Shown here: positions 58,966 through 63,974 of the stretch, in pieces
Layout: every line of letters starts with the position of its first letter
Position numbering within the stretch: position 1 is the stretch's first letter
Assembly (NCBI GenBank): GCA_964468605.1
Contig: CAYYKV010000001.1
Location: 1-63,974, forward strand
DNA from: an uncultured Terracidiphilus sp.
Lineage (GTDB): Bacteria; Acidobacteriota; Terriglobia; Terriglobales; Acidobacteriaceae
Reading direction: 5' to 3'
Length of the DNA stretch: 63,974 nt
The notes under the pieces: model-generated
The model's database searches: none
The model's input: only the letters and a program-made list of their open reading frames with translations
What the model was told of the DNA's origin: nothing
Position numbers and translations under genes: made by a program

Positions 58966-59640
58966 CTATTTCGATGGGCGTATAGCGTAGGCGTCCAACC
59001 GCTTCTTATAAAGCAGCAGAACACTCGGGCCAAATGAGAGCAGCATCACCGCGATTCCTGTGACGATGCCAAAGCTTGTCGCAACCGGCGCTGAGCAATC
59101 GCCGCGCCGGCGCACAATTACGTGGCACGGCACTGCAATCAGCAACTCCAGCACGCTGCCCTTCAACAGCCACGACACGGCTCGTTCGGTCACACGGCTG
59201 GAATTTCGGAAATACAGATAGAAGAGGATGCCCCACAGTACCCACAGTGCGGCCCACACGCCGAGAACGTTCGCTTCGGTGGCCAGAAAAACGTCTCCGA
59301 ACTTATCGCCACGAATGGCAAATCCCACGCTGTAGAAAGCCGCGAATGCAAGAAGACCGAAGAGCATTGATGTGACGGCCACTGAAACCGCAATATGGGC
59401 CCGGGGCCTCAGCTTCTTGAAGGAAGTGTCGACCGAGAGAAAAAGCAGAATCGCCTGGCCGGCGAGGACAGCCACAATCGGCACCCAGACCAGCCATTCC
59501 GCAAACACGCCAGGCAAGTCCTTCGAAAAGAGCTCGCTGAGCGAACTCGTATCTCCGACAAGAAGAATCCCAATTGGCGCAAGCAAGCCCAACACGATTA
59601 CTGCGTAAACCACGCTAATGACAATGCCCCACTTGCGCAT
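58966..59640 (-). CDS. Hypothetical polytopic membrane protein
   Basis: About 6 hydrophobic segments; LLKGSVLELLIAVPCH..RRRGDCSAP. Confidence 0.75.
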   Translation of the reverse strand: MRKWGIVISVVYAVIVLGLLAPIGILLVGDTSSLSELFSKDLPGVFAEWLVWVPIVAVLAGQAILLFLSVDTSFKKLRPRAHIAVSVAVTSMLFGLLAFAAFYSVGFAIRGDKFGDVFLATEANVLGVWAALWVLWGILFYLYFRNSSRVTERAVSWLLKGSVLELLIAVPCHVIVRRRGDCSAPVATSFGIVTGIAVMLLSFGPSVLLLYKKRLDAYAIRPSK

Positions 59641-59700
59641 GGCATGTCCTTTCCGCGCTACGTATGGAACGCTTCTTGCTCATGATGGTACACCGCGCTA

Positions 59701-60099
59701 TCATCCCCGCTGATATTGCTCGTCAGTCACATGCTCCAACCAGTCGACCGTCTTCCCGTCGAGCTTCTCCTGGATGGCGATGTGGGTCATGGCCGTTGCC
59801 GGGCCGGCACCGTGCCAATGTTTCTCGCCCGGCGAGAACCAAACCACATCTCCCGGCCGAATCTCCTCGATCGGGCCACCCCAGCGCTGCACGCGACCGC
59901 AGCCCGACGTGACGATCAGAGTCTGTCCCAGAGGATGCGTGTGCCACGCCGTTCGTGCACCCGGCTCAAAAGTTACGCTGGCGCCCTGCACAAATGCGGG
60001 CTCCGGCGCCTGAAAGAGCGGATCGATCCGCACCGCCCCGGTGAACCAGTCTGCCGGTCCCTTGCCTGATGGCTGCGAGCCGCTTCGTTTAATCTCCAT
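59701..60099 (-). CDS. Cupin domain protein
   Basis: [16 protein letters not shown]; [14 protein letters not shown]. Confidence 0.92.
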   Translation of the reverse strand: MEIKRSGSQPSGKGPADWFTGAVRIDPLFQAPEPAFVQGASVTFEPGARTAWHTHPLGQTLIVTSGCGRVQRWGGPIEEIRPGDVVWFSPGEKHWHGAGPATAMTHIAIQEKLDGKTVDWLEHVTDEQYQRG

Positions 60100-60368
60100 C
60101 TCCGAAATCCCTCCCGCAACGAGTTCCTTCCGCGAATTCAACTCGCTCACTGTTTAAAGTACTCGAATCGGCCGAATATCCAACCGATTCGGCTTGCCCT
60201 CGACCTCCTGCAGTCCCATCCAAACCTGTCCGCGCCCCGGCCCAAACTGCTCCAGCGCCCACGAGCCCTGCTCTCCCGCCCTGATTCGGTACTGAAATAC
60301 CCCCTCAATCTGCACATTCTCGGTTGCATTAGCATCGAAACCCCTTTAATATGCGTCAATTGAAGAGA

Positions 60369-61958
60369 ATGCCTCTCGCGGTCTCCAGCACGATCGATTC
60401 GCGGCCCGCGCCGGCCGTCGCACTTCCACGCCTGCGCGTTGGCAAGCTGTGTATCGCCGTTCAGGGAGCCACCGTCGCCGAGCTCATCTCCCGCGCCGAC
60501 GCTGCTCTTAAAGACTCTGTTTTCATTGAGCTTCGCCTCGATCTACTCCCCAAGCCGGCTGCGGCTTTGCCCGAGATCAAAGCCTTGCTGGCCCGTCGCC
60601 GCGACATCACCACCATCGCCACCTGCCGGCGGAAGCCCTATGGCGGCAAGTTCACTGGCTCCCTCAACGCGGAGCTCGAAATCCTCCTCAAAGCCGCCGA
60701 AACCGGCTGCCATATCGTCGATCTCGAGGTCGAGTCGGCTGAGCAGTGTTCCCGGCCCCAGTTGGCCAAATTCCGCGCTGCCCTCCGCGCCGCCGGTTCC
60801 TCGCTCCTCATCAGCTCGCACGACTTCACCCGCACGCGCCGCCCCGAGGGCCTCAATCAGACAGCTCAGCGCATCGCCGCCTACGAGCCCGACTTCGTGA
60901 AAGTCGTCACCACCGCCCGCACCCTGGCCGACAATCTCTCCGTCCTCCAAATGATCGAGGATCAATCCCTCAACGCCCAGGTCATTGGCATCGCCATGGG
61001 CGAGGAGGGCCTGATCAGCCGTGTTCTTAGCCCGCGCGCCGGGGCCGCGTTCACCTTTGCCTCCTCGGCCGATGGCGCAGAAACCGCCGCGGGCCAGGTT
61101 CCCGCGCGCACGCTGCTCGATCTCTATCGCCTCGAGCAACTCGACCAGGCCACGCGCATCTTCGCCGTCGCCGGCAATCCCATCGCCCACTCACTCTCGC
61201 CGTTGATGCACTCCACGGCCTTCCGCCGGGAAAACGTCAACGCCGTCATGCTTCCCCTCAAGGTAAAGTCCCTCGACGACCTGCTCACCGTCGTTCGCGA
61301 TCTGCCTCTCGACGGGGTCGCCGTTACCATGCCGCTGAAGCAGGAAGTCCTGCCGCACCTCGCCAACATGGACCCGCTGACCGGCCGCATCGGCGCATGC
61401 AACACCCTGCGCACCGGCGCTGACGGCAAGCTCTACGGCTTCAATACCGATGTTGCAGGCATCATTCGTCCGCTCGAGCGGCGCATGCGCCTTCCGGGAG
61501 CGCGCATCCTCGTCCTCGGCGCCGGCGGGGCGGCGCGGGCCGCGGTCTTTGGCCTCGTCGAGCAGGGCGCTGAAGTCTTCGTCGTCAACCGCACACACGA
61601 GAAGGCCGCCGCCCTGGCCCGCAAGGCCAAAGCGCACGTCCTTGGCCAGAGCATGCTCGCCAAGCAGCGCTTTGACGCCATCATCAACGCCACGCCCTGC
61701 GGCATGACCGGCATCAAGCAGCAGTTGCCATTAAAAGAAAGCGAGCTCAACGCCTCGCTCGTCTTCGACCTGGTTTACACGCCGCTCGAAACTCCGCTGC
61801 TCAAGCTGGCCAAGGCGCGCGGCCTCGCAGTCATCTCCGGCCTTGAAATGTTCGTGCAGCAGGGAGCTCGCCAGTTCGAGATCTGGACCGGCAAGCCCGC
61901 CCCCGAAGCCGAAATGCTGCGCGTCGTCGAGCTCGAGCTCCGCCGCCACCCGCAGTAA
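60369..61958 (+). CDS. aroE: Fused type I 3-dehydroquinate dehydratase / shikimate dehydrogenase
   Basis: IELRLD, SSHDF, VKVV, IAMG (AroD); HSLSP, VTMPLK, NTD, GAGGAA, QGARQF (AroE). Confidence 0.93.
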   Translation: MPLAVSSTIDSRPAPAVALPRLRVGKLCIAVQGATVAELISRADAALKDSVFIELRLDLLPKPAAALPEIKALLARRRDITTIATCRRKPYGGKFTGSLNAELEILLKAAETGCHIVDLEVESAEQCSRPQLAKFRAALRAAGSSLLISSHDFTRTRRPEGLNQTAQRIAAYEPDFVKVVTTARTLADNLSVLQMIEDQSLNAQVIGIAMGEEGLISRVLSPRAGAAFTFASSADGAETAAGQVPARTLLDLYRLEQLDQATRIFAVAGNPIAHSLSPLMHSTAFRRENVNAVMLPLKVKSLDDLLTVVRDLPLDGVAVTMPLKQEVLPHLANMDPLTGRIGACNTLRTGADGKLYGFNTDVAGIIRPLERRMRLPGARILVLGAGGAARAAVFGLVEQGAEVFVVNRTHEKAAALARKAKAHVLGQSMLAKQRFDAIINATPCGMTGIKQQLPLKESELNASLVFDLVYTPLETPLLKLAKARGLAVISGLEMFVQQGARQFEIWTGKPAPEAEMLRVVELELRRHPQ

Positions 61959-61961
61959 TCC
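61883..61961 (+). repeat. Direct repeat copy 1 (aroE 3' end)
   Basis: 79 bp, 70/79 identical to 62416-62494 by manual alignment. Confidence 0.9.
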
Positions 61962-62021
61962 ACCGCGCTACGGCCTGAATTAAATTGACGCTATAATGAC
62001 TGCGGGGACTGAGTCGCTCGC

Positions 62022-62207
62022 ATGAAAGTTCGCGATGTGCTGAACCTGATTCGAGACGATGGATGGTATCAAGTAGCGCAAAAAGGAAGCCACCGTCAGT
62101 TCAAGCATCCCGTGAAGAGCGGCCGCGTCACCGTGGCGGGTCACCCGTCGCAGGAAATGGCCAAAGGAACCCTCGGCAACATCCTCAAGCAAGCAGGTTT
62201 GAAATGA
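62022..62207 (+). CDS. hicA: Type II TA toxin, HicA family
   Basis: DGWYQVAQKGSHRQFKHP..GRVTVAGH..GTLGNILKQAG. Confidence 0.93.
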   Translation: MKVRDVLNLIRDDGWYQVAQKGSHRQFKHPVKSGRVTVAGHPSQEMAKGTLGNILKQAGLK

Positions 62208-62419
62208 AGGAATATGCGGCGGTCTTCGAGAAAACATCGAATGGCTGGAGCGCCTATGTTCCGGACCTTCCGGGGTTGGGTGTAGCCGCCAAGACCCGCC
62301 CTCAGACCGAAAAGCTGCTCCGCCAGGGAATCCAGATGCACATTGCCGGACTCCGCGAGGACGGCCTGCCGGTTCCCGAGCCGCAAACACAGGTCATGCG
62401 CCTGGCAATCCCCGCCTGA
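62204..62419 (+). CDS. hicB: Type II TA antitoxin, short HicB family
   Basis: WSAYVPDLPG..HIAGLREDGLPVPEP; ATGA overlap with hicA. Confidence 0.9.
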   Translation: MKEYAAVFEKTSNGWSAYVPDLPGLGVAAKTRPQTEKLLRQGIQMHIAGLREDGLPVPEPQTQVMRLAIPA

Positions 62420-62494
62420 ATCGGCGAGCCCGCTCCCGAAGCCGAGACGCTGCGCGACGTCGAGGTCGAGCTCCGCCGCCCCCCGCAGTAATCC
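62416..62494 (+). repeat. Direct repeat copy 2 (degenerate aroE 3' end)
   Basis: Retains the GAGCTCCGCCGC..CCGCAGTAATCC end of aroE. Confidence 0.9.
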
Positions 62495-62507
62495 GAGGCA
62501 CGTAGAG

Positions 62508-62648
62508 GCCGCATGGGGCGGTTTTGGGTCGAAATGGGGCCGTCTTGCGCACAAAAATCGACAAAAATCGCAAAAAATCGAAGCGAAATTTGAGCGATAT
62601 TTGTTGATGATAAAGGAGTTATTGTCATTTTTCGCGTTTCAAAGTGTA
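62508..62648 (-). repeat. AT-rich intergenic element, diverged copy of 3206-3340
   Basis: See 3206-3340; also carries three tandem AAAAATCG units. Confidence 0.6.
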
Positions 62649-62984
62649 TAAAATCACTCCCGCGTGTCCTCGGCCGGATTCGCCGAGGTTTTTCCGCCTG
62701 TCGCCTGAGGTTTTGGCGGGAGGCTGAGCGCCGCAAGAACGACTCCGGCATTGGCCAAGTAGTGCTCTGCTTCTTCATCTTCAAGGCTAGCGATTTGGGA
62801 GAATTAATCGGCAAACTTGGGGGAAAAAAGTGCGAGGGGTCAGGGGAAAGAAAAGGAAGCAGTTAGGAGGGGGCGAGGTGTTGGGATCGGGAGCGCGGGG
62901 GTTGACAAGGTTCGAGGGGGCGCCGGCGTTTGGAATTGGCGTCGGCCGACGGTTCGGGCGCTGAAGCAGGACTCAAAATCAACC

Positions 62985-63119
62985 GCAGATCCTTCGGCTC
63001 CGCTTACCCCGCAATCGGATCGCGATTGCGGGGCCCCAAACGCGCTCCGCTCAGGATGACACCGCGAATACCTGGGCTCGTGGTCTCCCCGGTCCCGGAA
63101 TCGGGACCGGGGGCACCCA
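62985..63119 (+). repeat. Composite REP-like palindromic element, copy 1
   Basis: GCAGATCCTTCG..CCCCGCAATC/GATTGCGGGG..CTCAGGATGACA plus CCCCGGTCCC/GGGACCGGGG-GCACCC. Confidence 0.85.
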
Positions 63120-63154
63120 TTTCTTTCAGTTGAGCCGAGAACCGAAAAGCAGAA

Positions 63155-63288
63155 GCAGATCCTTCGGCTCCGCTTACCCCGCAATCGATTGCGATTGCGG
63201 GGCCCCAAACGCGCTCCGCTCAGGATGACACCGCGAATACATGGGCTCGTGGTCTCCCCGGTCCCAGAATCGGGACCGGGGGCACCCA
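63155..63288 (+). repeat. Composite REP-like palindromic element, copy 2
   Basis: Near-identical to 62985-63119, 170 bp period. Confidence 0.85.
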
Positions 63289-63376
63289 CTCTTGTTGCTG
63301 AGCCGGCTTCCCGGGACCTTGGCCACCCGCCCGGCGCCCGTCCCGACCGGCACATGTCCCGAGCACAGCCGAAGGA

Positions 63377-63974
63377 TCAATGCTTTTTGCTTCCCCGCTT
63401 CTTCGCGTCCGGCTTCTTCTCGCTGGGCTCATGCGTGATGGGAAGCGGCGCCATGTCCGGCCCGATGCGCTGGACCCGCGTGTCGATCATGTCGTAGTTG
63501 ATGGTGCGTGGTTTCACTGGCCGCGTGATGCCGGTCGCGGGATCGGTCCTTAGGTCGTTATTGCCCGCAATTTGAATGCTGAACGCGGGAAAGTTCCCCT
63601 TCGGCGTGTTCTGCGTATAGACACGCACCGGCAGATAGCCCTGAATCGGATGCAGCCGGAAAGCCGTCTCGTAGCGATGGTGCTTGAGGCTCCATGTAAA
63701 GACGCGCACTTCATCAAAGTCGAACGGCAGTCCCGATTGAAGCGGGTCAAGCACGGTGAGGTACTCGGAAACCTGGTGGTTGGCCGCGTCAGATTCTGAA
63801 TCGGTGACCTTGGTCAGAACCCACGCGCCCACGATGCGCTTGTCCTCGGCGTATTGCCCAATTTCATCCGGCACATCTACGTCCAGACGGCTCGCGAGGA
63901 GCCAGCCGACGCGGCCCTCGGCATCGCGCGCCAGCCACCAGTCTTCCATGACGGGGGGCATCACGGGGGGCACG
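63377..63974 (-). CDS. C-terminal part of a probable SH3-domain-containing protein (truncated by the window edge)
   Basis: [19 protein letters not shown]3b-like motif; ORF open at the window end. Confidence 0.65.
   Translation of the reverse strand, partial: VPPVMPPVMEDWWLARDAEGRVGWLLASRLDVDVPDEIGQYAEDKRIVGAWVLTKVTDSESDAANHQVSEYLTVLDPLQSGLPFDFDEVRVFTWSLKHHRYETAFRLHPIQGYLPVRVYTQNTPKGNFPAFSIQIAGNNDLRTDPATGITRPVKPRTINYDMIDTRVQRIGPDMAPLPITHEPSEKKPDAKKRGSKKH

Noticed and set aside
62985-63288. Possible CRISPR array
   Set aside because: Only two units of about 135 bp with internal hairpins and no cas genes; fits REP-like elements.
62302-63497. ORFs spanning the repeat region
   Set aside because: They are translations of the repeats and the aroE duplicate, with no protein-family signal.

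Overview
A GC-rich bacterial chromosomal segment, most likely from Acidobacteriota subdivision 1 (Terriglobia). This is inferred from two acidobacterial-type VWA proteins, Ig-like surface proteins, an acidobacterial-type flagellin N-terminus and lineage-typical hypothetical proteins. About 57 CDS are supported. No rRNA, tRNA, CRISPR array or transposase was recognised. Housekeeping and metabolic genes include ruvA, kbl, tdh, fused pabB-pabC, fused aroD-aroE, mtnA, tatA, GH28, GH67, RNase II/R and an M3 peptidase. The main result is a compact putative extracellular electron transfer locus (42.9-50.4 kb): a Cys-bearing Crp/Fnr regulator divergent from a decaheme MtrA/DmsE-type cytochrome, an MtrB/PioB-like porin, two paralogous monoheme cytochromes and an ImcH/NapC-like membrane hexaheme cytochrome. 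TGTGA-N6-TCACA boxes lie upstream of this locus, and one more sits at class II spacing in front of an NfnAB transhydrogenase operon about 16 kb away. Other observations: a GAF-fused glucan phosphorylase; a shared C-terminal TM-basic-TM-Cys tail on two Ig-like proteins; a hicAB cassette flanked by a duplicated aroE 3' end; a diverged ~135-bp AT-rich element present twice; and REP-like and heptamer repeats. All calls come from motif reading and family recall; no database search was run.
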